Shown one piece after another: positions 1 to 8,769 of a DNA stretch of 38,724 nt. Source of the stretch: Candidatus Coprovivens sp. (GTDB lineage: Bacteria > Bacillota_I > Bacilli_A > RF39 > UBA660); contig JBJFGS010000037.1 in NCBI GenBank assembly GCA_051892935.1, forward strand, positions 1 through 38,724, in the 5' to 3' direction. Numbering within the stretch: the stretch's first letter is position 1; each line of letters begins with the position of its first letter. The position numbers were made by a program, and so were the translations under genes. The notes below the pieces were generated by a model. That model saw nothing but the letters and a program-made list of their open reading frames with translations. It searched no databases and had not been told where the DNA came from.

Positions 1-135
1 TATGAATAAGAAAAAAATCCGTTAAAAAACGGACTTTAGTCTAAAAATTTACGTTCAATTCATGTCATATTGTGATTATTTCATGTCAGAAGAAAAAATC
101 TTGTTTATTTATGAAAAAACTATTATTTTTTTAAA

Positions 136-1401
136 TTATTTATATAAGATTCTTATATCTTGTGGAATTATAGTCCAATGGCCATTATTTAATTCTGGAA
201 TTCCAACACTTTTTGAATCATTTGCTTCATAAAATAATCCAAACTTTAATTGACCTTCTATTAATGTTGAGTTTTTATTATACTTGATATTTACTATAAC
301 CACTTTTAGAGATATAGCTTGATCATATATGCTTTCTAAACTATATTCAATTAACTCTTTATTCTCAAACATTTTTCTGCATTCTAATGCCAATTTACCC
401 TTAGTAGAACAATTATGAAATAAGCTTGATAATCCAAGAGATAAATTGCCATAATTTTTATTTTTCCAATAGTTTAATATTTCAAATAAATATTGAATAT
501 ATGGATATTCTTTATAATCTTCAATTACACCCATTTTAGGAATAGTTTCTCCTACTTTTATATCTTTTCTTTTCCAACTTTCAATTATCTTTCTATCGGC
601 CATTACTTTTGAATATTTTTTTATACTTTCTGTGATAGATGGCGGATTTATTTCTTTATTGTATTTTTCTTTTCTTGAATTCTCGCTGTTTTTATTTTTC
701 ATCCAATCACAAACAGACATTAATAATACAACACACTTACAAGAACAAAAAGCATTTCCATAATTCAAATCTCTTCCATGAAGTATTCCATTTCTATATG
801 GATAATATATAGGATTAGTATTTGTTTTATTTCTTCCAACATTATATAGTTTTTGTAATTTTTGTAAACCATCATTAGCACCAACTAAGCAGTCCCAAAC
901 TTCAACATTTGTACCTTCGGCAAAGAACCCCTTGCTTTTAGTAAAATCATTGACAGCACCATCTATAGCAGTTAAAAATAATACTACACTCTCTAGGTAA
1001 TTACCATTATAATGGTTTTCAAATGCTCTTTCTAAGTTATTTCTTCTAATTCTAAATTCTTCAATAGAATATGTATTTATAATAAAATTGTTTTCTTGAT
1101 TTGTATAATATTTTATGATTTCTTTTTCAGCATCTTTATATCCACTTGTATCAAATATCTCATTTATCCTTTTAATAAAATCAGCATTAATACTATCATA
1201 TGCTATCCATCCTTCATCACTAAAAGTATCATTATATTTTTTAATTGATATAATAAGTTCTCTTAAATCAGAATTTATCTTTTTTACTTCTTCCCCTTTG
1301 CCAAACAAACTGCCTATTAATTTAAAGCTTCTAGTTTGATTATAAAAATGTTCTATACTTGGAAACTGTTCTAAATATTTTGATAATTCTTTTTCAGTCA
1401 T
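136..1401 (-). CDS. HEPN-like (Rx4H) domain protein, putative defence RNase
   Basis: 421-aa ORF with an RNGILHG motif preceded by a helical 'AFENHYNGNYLESVVLFLTAIDG' segment typical of HEPN folds; starts 7 nt after the RM gene stop. Confidence 0.55.
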   Translation of the reverse strand: MTEKELSKYLEQFPSIEHFYNQTRSFKLIGSLFGKGEEVKKINSDLRELIISIKKYNDTFSDEGWIAYDSINADFIKRINEIFDTSGYKDAEKEIIKYYTNQENNFIINTYSIEEFRIRRNNLERAFENHYNGNYLESVVLFLTAIDGAVNDFTKSKGFFAEGTNVEVWDCLVGANDGLQKLQKLYNVGRNKTNTNPIYYPYRNGILHGRDLNYGNAFCSCKCVVLLMSVCDWMKNKNSENSRKEKYNKEINPPSITESIKKYSKVMADRKIIESWKRKDIKVGETIPKMGVIEDYKEYPYIQYLFEILNYWKNKNYGNLSLGLSSLFHNCSTKGKLALECRKMFENKELIEYSLESIYDQAISLKVVIVNIKYNKNSTLIEGQLKFGLFYEANDSKSVGIPELNNGHWTIIPQDIRILYK

Positions 1402-1408
1402 ATTTCTA

Positions 1409-3868
1409 TCAGTTCTCTAAAAAATCTAAATATCTTTTGTATTGATTATACATAATATTTTTGATGTATTGTTCCATATATTCATAGTCAGGATTGCCAT
1501 CTTCATTTATTGGTAACATTATTTTTTCTTTTATGATTCTTTGGTTATTTCTTATATATCCATAACTATAACGTGAAGATTGTTTGTTTATTTGATTAAC
1601 TATAAATAATCCAATATATTTATTAAGTTTATCGCTTCTAATAACTGCAACATTATTAGAAGCAATAAATCTGTTACATTTGTAAACTGCATCTCCTACT
1701 GATCCTTGTCCTGTTTTTATCAAACAAATACAATTACCATCAATTACTAAATGTTTATACTTTTCATCCAAAAAGCCAACACTACCATTATTTTTTGATG
1801 TTGCTCCAACCACATCATAAATACCATCAAAACTCACAATTGAAGTGCTTTTTAATGTAGGAATATTATCTATATAAAACATATTATCTGCAATCAAGGA
1901 AAATTCTTTCCATGATTTATCTTTTAAATTAGAAATATTAATATATTTTAATGAATTGAATAGGTCTTTATAATAATCAATAATTACTTTTGCTCTTTTT
2001 TCTATTACCATCATAAATTCAAATGATAAATACTCATTGACCGTTCTAATAAATTCATTATGATTAGGTATATCATCATTAAAGCAATAAAATGAATATA
2101 ACCACTCATCACTATCATCAATAGTTGTTTTAACACAAAAATTTGAAGATGCTTCTATTCTATCAAACCAAACATCCAGCAAATGTTGCTTTCTATCTTT
2201 TGCTCGTTCTGTTTCTATCAGTCCCTTGTGTTTTTGAACTTCAAAGCCATCGTCTGAAAAATCTATAAACTTACATATTTTATATTTACTATGTGGAATT
2301 CCTGATGTAAATATAGCGATACAAGGATTAGTTCCAACACCATGGAAAGTTTCTACATTAAGTGTTATAACACCTTCTAATGTATGTTTTTTCAAAATGG
2401 ATTTTTTTATATTCTGCTCAAAAGTAGTCTTTCCGGTCATAGAACTTTGAGGAACAATAACAATTGCTTTGCCTCCAACTACTAAGCTGTCTAATAAGTG
2501 TTCAGTAAAACTAAGTTCACACTTTTCAGGGCTCACTTTTCCCATAGAATAAGGAGGATTCATCATTCCTACTGTTGCACCTTTTAATTGTAATCTACTT
2601 GCATCCTGTGTTAAAAAATCATCGCATATCAAATTACTTTTTCCATCTCCACGCAGAATCATATTTGTTGTTGCAATAGTAAACATGTAAGGCTGTAACT
2701 CATAACCATGTAGTTGATTTCTTCTAATTGATATTTTTTCTTGTTCATTATTGGCTTTCTTTAACATATCATGCATTGCCGATACTAAGAATCCCGCTGT
2801 ACCACAACAAGGATCTAATACTATGTCTTCTGGTTTTAAATCAATTAATTCACAAAATAAATTACATATATGTTTAGGTGTTAAAACAATTCCTAAGGAC
2901 TGTCCATCTCCACCAGAATAACTCATAAATTCTCCATAAAATCTTCCCAAATAGTCTTCTGAGGTTTGATTATATCTAATTGTTTTATATAACTTATTAT
3001 ATAAATATTCAGTATAATATTTTAATGGCGTTTTACCTAACACATCATTTATCTCATTTAAAATAACGGTATCTTTAATAATCGCAAATTGAGATAACAA
3101 TTTATCTTTTTTAGTTTCTGGGGATACTTGAGATCTTTTTAAATTATCTTCAATAGCAGCATATATTTTAGAACCATCAGTTTTAAATTTATCTCCAATT
3201 AAATCATCAATAGAAAAATTTTTATATTCAATTTCTTTAAGTGCAAGCAAGATTCCACTAACAACTAGAGGTTTATCTTTATCGCTTAAATTTCCATAAT
3301 TTCTCAAATACTCATGTAATTCCTTTGCATCTTTTAAAATTTCAGCAGTAGTTTTTTCTTCATCAGTATCTTCTTTTAGTATTTCTCTAATATAATACTC
3401 ATCTATATTATTCTCATTAAATGAAATGAAACTTTCTACTTCTGGTAAATCCATAAAATATTCTCTACCATCCAAATAAATAGGTTTTATAACATGGTGC
3501 TTTTCATCACCACTAATACCAAAAGCAATCGCTTTTTTATAATTAGTATTTTCTAATATGTGTTTAGCATAAAAATAGGCACCATTTAAAGCATAATCTG
3601 TAATTGATGATATATTCATATCAAGGAGACCATTATCATCATATTTTGCTTGTCTATCAGTTGATGATTTATCCTCAATTATTATTACAAAATCTTTAAC
3701 AATACCACAATATTCTGGATAACCAGAATTTCCAGTTCCTCTTTTTGAAGCAGTTTTTAAAGCTTCATCTATTTCTTTTATATTACAACCTTGTGGATCT
3801 ATTTTAATATTAGCATCCTTTAATAAATCATATACCCAAAGGTCAGTTCTAATTTCTTTCTTAGCCAT
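1409..3868 (-). CDS. BcgI-like type IIB/IIG restriction-modification enzyme (nuclease + N6-adenine MTase + fused C-terminal TRD)
   Basis: N-terminal GYPEY...IEDK nuclease motif, motif I DPCCGTAGFL, motif IV MNPPY, C-terminal S-subunit-like region (WKEF...LPINEDGNPDYEYMEQYIK); AGGAGG RBS upstream. Confidence 0.85.
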   Translation of the reverse strand: MAKKEIRTDLWVYDLLKDANIKIDPQGCNIKEIDEALKTASKRGTGNSGYPEYCGIVKDFVIIIEDKSSTDRQAKYDDNGLLDMNISSITDYALNGAYFYAKHILENTNYKKAIAFGISGDEKHHVIKPIYLDGREYFMDLPEVESFISFNENNIDEYYIREILKEDTDEEKTTAEILKDAKELHEYLRNYGNLSDKDKPLVVSGILLALKEIEYKNFSIDDLIGDKFKTDGSKIYAAIEDNLKRSQVSPETKKDKLLSQFAIIKDTVILNEINDVLGKTPLKYYTEYLYNKLYKTIRYNQTSEDYLGRFYGEFMSYSGGDGQSLGIVLTPKHICNLFCELIDLKPEDIVLDPCCGTAGFLVSAMHDMLKKANNEQEKISIRRNQLHGYELQPYMFTIATTNMILRGDGKSNLICDDFLTQDASRLQLKGATVGMMNPPYSMGKVSPEKCELSFTEHLLDSLVVGGKAIVIVPQSSMTGKTTFEQNIKKSILKKHTLEGVITLNVETFHGVGTNPCIAIFTSGIPHSKYKICKFIDFSDDGFEVQKHKGLIETERAKDRKQHLLDVWFDRIEASSNFCVKTTIDDSDEWLYSFYCFNDDIPNHNEFIRTVNEYLSFEFMMVIEKRAKVIIDYYKDLFNSLKYINISNLKDKSWKEFSLIADNMFYIDNIPTLKSTSIVSFDGIYDVVGATSKNNGSVGFLDEKYKHLVIDGNCICLIKTGQGSVGDAVYKCNRFIASNNVAVIRSDKLNKYIGLFIVNQINKQSSRYSYGYIRNNQRIIKEKIMLPINEDGNPDYEYMEQYIKNIMYNQYKRYLDFLEN

Positions 3869-3884
3869 TTTTACTTCCTCCTAC

Positions 3885-4736
3885 TTAAACTCCGACTGGT
3901 ACAACAACTTCACTAATTACTTTAATAGCATTTATTGTATCAATAAACTCTATATCTTTTGCATAATCATAGTTACTTGTATAACTATTCCATAGTGATT
4001 TTAATCTTGAATCGTCATTAATTAATTCTATATATTTACTAGCATTATCTATATATTCTAAAGTTTCACGATTTTTAGCAGTGTTTATAATTGCTTTTCT
4101 TAAAGTATCTTTATTAATATCGTCCCACTTTAAATTAACAAACATATATAAATCATAGTAATCTTTCATTCTAGTATTATCTATATTTCTACTAATTATC
4201 GATTCAAACTTTTCTGCTAGTATGGTTTCATAATTATAAGTCATAATATTAATGATTTCATTATCAAATAAAGTATTATATTTAAACTCAACTTCTTTAT
4301 AAGTAATAACATCTCCTGTAGTTATATCAATCATTAAATTAGTTTTCAAACCATCAAATTCTGCTTTTAAATTGACATTAAAACCTGAGTATAATTCTTC
4401 TTCTCTAATATCTTTAATATTTTCTATTTCAAGTTTGATATTATCATCTATTTCAATACTAATAATATCATTAATAACTTTAGTAATTGTTTCTCTATCT
4501 AGTGGCAATCCTTTTATAGTAGTATCTAAATCCATAGTACTTCTTAAATTTACACCAAAGATAGATGATAATAAGAGTCCACCTTTAATTATAAATTTAT
4601 CTTTATACTTAGACTTTGATATTCTTTTTAATAAAGCTTCAAACATAAAGTTTTGAATTAAATATTTATTAGGAATATTAGTTTTATTAGATAAATTAGA
4701 CGCTTTTGCCTTTAAACTATCTCTATTTTTAATCAT
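3885..4736 (-). CDS. abiEii: Type IV TA toxin, AbiEii/AbiGii nucleotidyltransferase
   Basis: FIIKGGLLL, RSTMDLD, AEKFESI and RMKDYYDLY motifs; ATGA overlap with the antitoxin. Confidence 0.9.
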   Translation of the reverse strand: MIKNRDSLKAKASNLSNKTNIPNKYLIQNFMFEALLKRISKSKYKDKFIIKGGLLLSSIFGVNLRSTMDLDTTIKGLPLDRETITKVINDIISIEIDDNIKLEIENIKDIREEELYSGFNVNLKAEFDGLKTNLMIDITTGDVITYKEVEFKYNTLFDNEIINIMTYNYETILAEKFESIISRNIDNTRMKDYYDLYMFVNLKWDDINKDTLRKAIINTAKNRETLEYIDNASKYIELINDDSRLKSLWNSYTSNYDYAKDIEFIDTINAIKVISEVVVPVGV

Positions 4737-5320
4737 TGTAACACCTCAAAAGTATCTCTTACCTTATTATAAATATTCATCTTTTTAGCATATTCGTATA
4801 GTTTTAATGTATTTTTCTTTTTACTATAAAAGTACTCTCTAATAGCTTTATTAAAAATTTCTGCATCTATTTTCTTTTTATTTTTAATGACATCACATAT
4901 AGTTTTATCTAAATCGTAAACTCTAATAATATTGCCAGAATCTAATTTATAATTAATTACTCCTAAATCTAATAATTCATTCTTTGTATAAAATAAATTA
5001 ACATTATCTTCTTTTTGAAGTGAACCTTTATACCCACTTTTAATTGTAATATCATATCTAATAGGAATTCTATTAGAAAATCCATGTAAATAAAGTGCTG
5101 TTGTATTAGAATAAATGGCATATTTACTTTTGCTTTGCAAAACCACAAATTCATCTACTAAAACATTCTTTTTAATATATATTCCACGGCTTACCCTTTC
5201 TATTTTATTTTCTTTAATAAGTTTAGTAAGATAAGTCCTAGGAATATTATTATTAGTAACATCTTTAGTAGTTAAATAACCATTTCTAAATAAATTTAAA
5301 ATTTTATTTTCATATTCCAT
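4733..5320 (-). CDS. abiEi: Type IV TA antitoxin AbiEi (wHTH N-terminus)
   Basis: IERVSRGIY, SNTTALYLHG and YDLDKTICD motifs; start moved from 5356 to the ATG at 5320 because AAAGGA lies just upstream. Confidence 0.88.
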   Translation of the reverse strand: MEYENKILNLFRNGYLTTKDVTNNNIPRTYLTKLIKENKIERVSRGIYIKKNVLVDEFVVLQSKSKYAIYSNTTALYLHGFSNRIPIRYDITIKSGYKGSLQKEDNVNLFYTKNELLDLGVINYKLDSGNIIRVYDLDKTICDVIKNKKKIDAEIFNKAIREYFYSKKKNTLKLYEYAKKMNIYNKVRDTFEVLQ

Positions 5321-5337
5321 ATTCTTTTTTCCTTTCA

Positions 5338-5376
5338 CACTTAAATTATAACACATTTAAGTGCATTTGAAAATAT
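5338..5376 (-). promoter_or_regulatory. abiE promoter (extended -10 TGnTATAAT) overlapped by a 9-bp inverted repeat, probable AbiEi operator
   Basis: CACTTAAAT (5338-5346) / ATTTAAGTG (5355-5363) flank the -10; TTTTCA lies 17 bp upstream on the minus strand. Confidence 0.65.
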
Positions 5377-5378
5377 TT

Positions 5379-5762
5379 TTATATTAAATTACGATCATGT
5401 AATTCAGTTTTCAATTTTTCTGTTTTATTAATTAGACTTTTTTTAAAAGTTTTAACCTTTTTATTTTGTAAATAACCATTAGTTTTAATTGTTAAAGAAT
5501 AATCATTATAATTTGATTGCTCTTTGATGCTTTTTAATAAATCCGTTGAAGAAAACATAAATCTTTCTATATCGTACAAATTGCATATTTTAATATGATT
5601 AGTTAACCATATATATTTTTTATCTTCTTTAGATAAATTCAATTTTTCTAATACTTTATTATAAATTTATTCTCTCCTTATGTAAGATTCTTCAAGTAAT
5701 ACAACTACGCCAAATATTTTTTCAATATTAATTATAGTGTTCTTTGTACTAAAAAAATTCTT
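5379..5762 (-). pseudogene. C-terminal remnant of a larger hypothetical protein
   Basis: The 87-aa ORF has a TTG start; its frame continues upstream through one TAA (5667-5669) as ...KIFGVVVLLEESYIRRE*IYNKVLEKL... until it runs into the 27-bp inverted repeat. Confidence 0.55.
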
Positions 5763-5764
5763 AG

Positions 5765-5828
5765 AGAAGTGATTTGAAGAAAATCTACACGCTTTTTATT
5801 TCGTGTAGATTTTCTTCAAATCACTTCT
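5765..5828. repeat. Perfect 27-bp inverted repeat with 10-nt loop
   Basis: AGAAGTGATTTGAAGAAAATCTACACG (5765-5791) and its exact reverse complement (5802-5828). Confidence 0.95.
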
Positions 5829-5986
5829 TACTGCACTTTGTTCAAAAGCGCAATAAGCGACATTTAGTATTACAATATTATTAATCATTTTTCAAATGTA
5901 TATTATTCATGACAAGACCTCTTTCTGTCGTGCTATACTAAACACTATCTTGTCTTAACATTAATATACATTTCTAATTTTTTTAT
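5827..5986 (-). repeat. Non-coding repeat B, copy 1 (possible structured RNA)
   Basis: Highly similar to 15350-15511; nested stems AAATGTATATTA/TAATATACATTT and GACAAGA/TCTTGTC. Confidence 0.85.
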
Positions 5987-6005
5987 TTGTTAATTTGGCG
6001 AAATA

Positions 6006-6036
6006 AAAAAAAATCGCTAAATTAGCGATTTTTTTA
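6006..6036. terminator. Terminator-like hairpin that is also a TCGC-N7-GCGA palindrome
   Basis: A8-TCGCTAAATTAGCGA-T8 directly after the 6041 stop. Confidence 0.7.
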
Positions 6037-6040
6037 TTGT

Positions 6041-6740
6041 TTAGTCCTCTTTCTTGTAAATTAGAAAATCTATTGTTTCTGCTTTCAACTTTTCGTACGC
6101 AAAATTTTCAAGACTAAATAACGAATTAGAGTAAAGTCTTTTCATATAAACTTTTTGTTCTTTTTCTACTAAATATATTACTAATACAAAATCCTTTTCT
6201 TCGGTAATATCAGAGTCGGCTCCAATATGATTTAAATTCAATATTGTATTTTTTACTTGTATTTCCTCAATCTTTGGTATATATTCCTTACTATAGCAGA
6301 TGATATAATTCCTTTTTGTTATGTATTCGTTATTGCTATTTTTTTCCACTTCTCTCTTAAAATGTTCTGAAATTTTTTCTATATTATTTATTTGATTTTC
6401 ATCTTTTTCAGATATTTCTGCTAAAACATAATTGGTGATAATTGTATTTGATTTTTTTTCTATTTTTTCATACATTTCTAAATTATCTACAATTTTGTGT
6501 AAGAAATTTTCTTTTTTCAATTTTTCTATTATTTTATTTATACTAATAATTCTATTTTCCATTTTTATCGATTTTTTTGAAAACATAGCAATTATTATAT
6601 TAATTAAAGCAATATCAATAATAGGTAAAATTACAACTATCATAAACATGTATATATTTTCCATCTTGCAGCTTATATATATATGCAAAATTGACTATTA
6701 ATATAAGTATTAATACTTTCAAAAAGAATTTATATCTCAT
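6041..6740 (-). pseudogene. Putative membrane-anchored immunity protein of the orphan RHS-CT, frameshifted in a (TA)n tract
   Basis: RBS AGAAGGG + ATG at 6740 gives MRYKFFLKVLILILIVNFAYIY, out of frame with the 215-aa ORF; the junction falls in TATATATATAT (6674-6684); fusion gives two hydrophobic helices. Confidence 0.7.
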
Positions 6741-6785
6741 TATTTTCCCTTCTTCGTTATTTTATAAATACAGGACAGTAATTTA

Positions 6786-8021
6786 TTAAAGGTGTATAAT
6801 TACACGTATTTGTTTTTTTATCACAGTATATGGTGTGTAGCTGCCATTTTTTATTACTGTATATGGTGTATAACTACCATTTTTTATTTTTGTTGTTTTT
6901 TTTGCGCTTTTTTTCTTGCTACTAACCTTGTTTTTTAAGTTACTGTCACCTTCTATTAATCCTCCTTTATAGTTGGATGTAGCTGTTCCTAATATAAAAT
7001 CAGCTTCTTGCTTAGCTAATTCTCTGCTTATTCCTTTATTATAAATATCATCAATCATTTGTGAATTATTAGCACTAATAAACGATAAAGGAATAGATGT
7101 TAAGTATCCCATGGCTGTTTCTTCGGTTGTTGAGATTCCTGCTTGATAACTAAAATAAGTAGTTGTGACATTAGAAGTTATATTTTCTATTACCATTTTT
7201 TCATACGGATTTATTGATGTAACTGGAACATTTTGCAATTTTACTCCAACAAATCCAGATACAGCTCCAGATAGCGCACCAACAGCCATTGCTTTTCCTA
7301 CATTTTCAAATTTTGGTCTTCCGTTAATTCCATTAGCTACTATTTGACTTAATCCATTAACTGCTGCGCCTATTAGTGCTTTAATTCCTACTTTTATAGC
7401 AATTGCTGGTAGTGCAAAGTTCCCTTTGCTATCAATTTTATCAATAAACACATTTTCGCAATAACTAAAAATATTGTTACTTATTAATTCATTTCCACCT
7501 AGTATTATATCTCCATTAATAAACCTTCCCCATTCTGGGTTGTAGTATCTACTATTTAGATAGTATAACTTGGTTTCTTCATCATAGTAATAACTTCTAT
7601 AACGGAATGGATTTATTGTACCTAGATTAATTCCACTATTATCCGTGATATTAGAGATTGCTCCCCAACTATCGTATTCATATGTTACTATTTCTTCATA
7701 GTTAGAGTTTATAATACCAATTATATCTCCAAATACATTTTTATGATAGTAATAAGTATTTCCATTATAAACGAATCCTAATAGTTCATCTCCGTTATAT
7801 AAATAGTATAACATAGTATTATTTCTATCTTCAAATACTATTTTATTACCTTCTAAATAATATTTTGTTTCAATGTTATTAACTACTTTTGATGTACGAA
7901 TACCATTTAAATTATATTTATAACTTATATTATTTGATGAATCTTGATATGAAGATAGTTCTCTACCATTCATCCAAGTTAAAGTTTTATTTCCAATTGT
8001 TAATGGATTACCAATATTATC
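6786..8021 (-). pseudogene. Orphan RHS core + C-terminal toxin module (toxin family unknown)
   Basis: NPFRYRSYYYDEETKLYYLNSRYYNP core, IDSKGN cleavage-site-like motif, Gly/Ala-rich hydrophobic segment; no credible start (the GTG at 8039 lies inside a terminator). Confidence 0.85.
7509..8021. repeat. RHS core direct repeat, copy 1
   Basis: Near-identical to 9416-9928 (I count 3 mismatches over 7509-7988, more divergent after that). Confidence 0.95.
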
Positions 8022-8024
8022 ATC

Positions 8025-8059
8025 AAAAAAATAGAACACGTTTTTACACGCATTCTATT
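8025..8059 (-). terminator. Intrinsic terminator between immunity gene 1 and the orphan module
   Basis: Minus strand AATAGAATGCGT-loop-ACGTGTTCTATT followed by a T run. Confidence 0.75.
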
Positions 8060-8091
8060 AACACAATATATCATTTTTTTAACAATTTTTT

Positions 8092-8769
8092 CTATTCATC
8101 ACCAACATATGTAAGTGTATCTCTATGTCTTTTTGTGTCTGATTTCTTTACAGGATTTTTTTGTATACTTGCCAAGTATTCTTCAGTCATCAATCTAGCA
8201 TTTCTATGAATAAAATTCTGTTTAGCAGAAAACTCATAGTCAAATGCCGGACTTTTTTTAAGATTAAATGCTTCGTAACTTGTAATCATCGAATTAATAA
8301 ATCTTTCTTTTGATAAAAATCCTCTTAAAATATTTAAATAATTTTCAGGAATAAATTCATTTTCTGGAGGAATTAAATCAAAATTTCCCAAATAAATCAA
8401 TTCTTCACAAAAATCTTTTGTTTTTCTTGGAGATAATTCAACTAATTCTATAGTATATATAAATATCATCTTAAATTTGTTCATATACTTTTCTAATTCT
8501 TTTACTTTTTCTGGAGAAATAAAACTACTCCATTCTTCATACCAAAAAAAGAAGGGTTTAACATATTCTAAGGCATTAATAGTTTCTTCATTTATTTGTT
8601 CAGGTAAAAAATTTGCAATTTTAATCCTTACAACATCATGATAATCTCCATTTTCTACTTTTTTTTCGTCAATCTTATTAATTATTAAATATTTACCATC
8701 ATAATTTTTATTCTCAAAAATAATTTTTAAAGCATAAGTATCTCCATTATTCATTTTTAGATGTTTCAA
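8092..8769 (-). CDS. Putative immunity protein for the GIY-YIG RHS toxin
   Basis: Overlaps the toxin 3' end; AGGAGG 8 nt before the TTG start; call is positional only. Confidence 0.65.
   Translation of the reverse strand: MKHLKMNNGDTYALKIIFENKNYDGKYLIINKIDEKKVENGDYHDVVRIKIANFLPEQINEETINALEYVKPFFFWYEEWSSFISPEKVKELEKYMNKFKMIFIYTIELVELSPRKTKDFCEELIYLGNFDLIPPENEFIPENYLNILRGFLSKERFINSMITSYEAFNLKKSPAFDYEFSAKQNFIHRNARLMTEEYLASIQKNPVKKSDTKRHRDTLTYVGDE

Noticed and set aside
5881-5910. Leader peptide or type I toxin MNNIHLKND after the AAAGAGG in repeat B
   Set aside because: Only 9 codons and not hydrophobic; the ATG and reading frame are not conserved in copy 2
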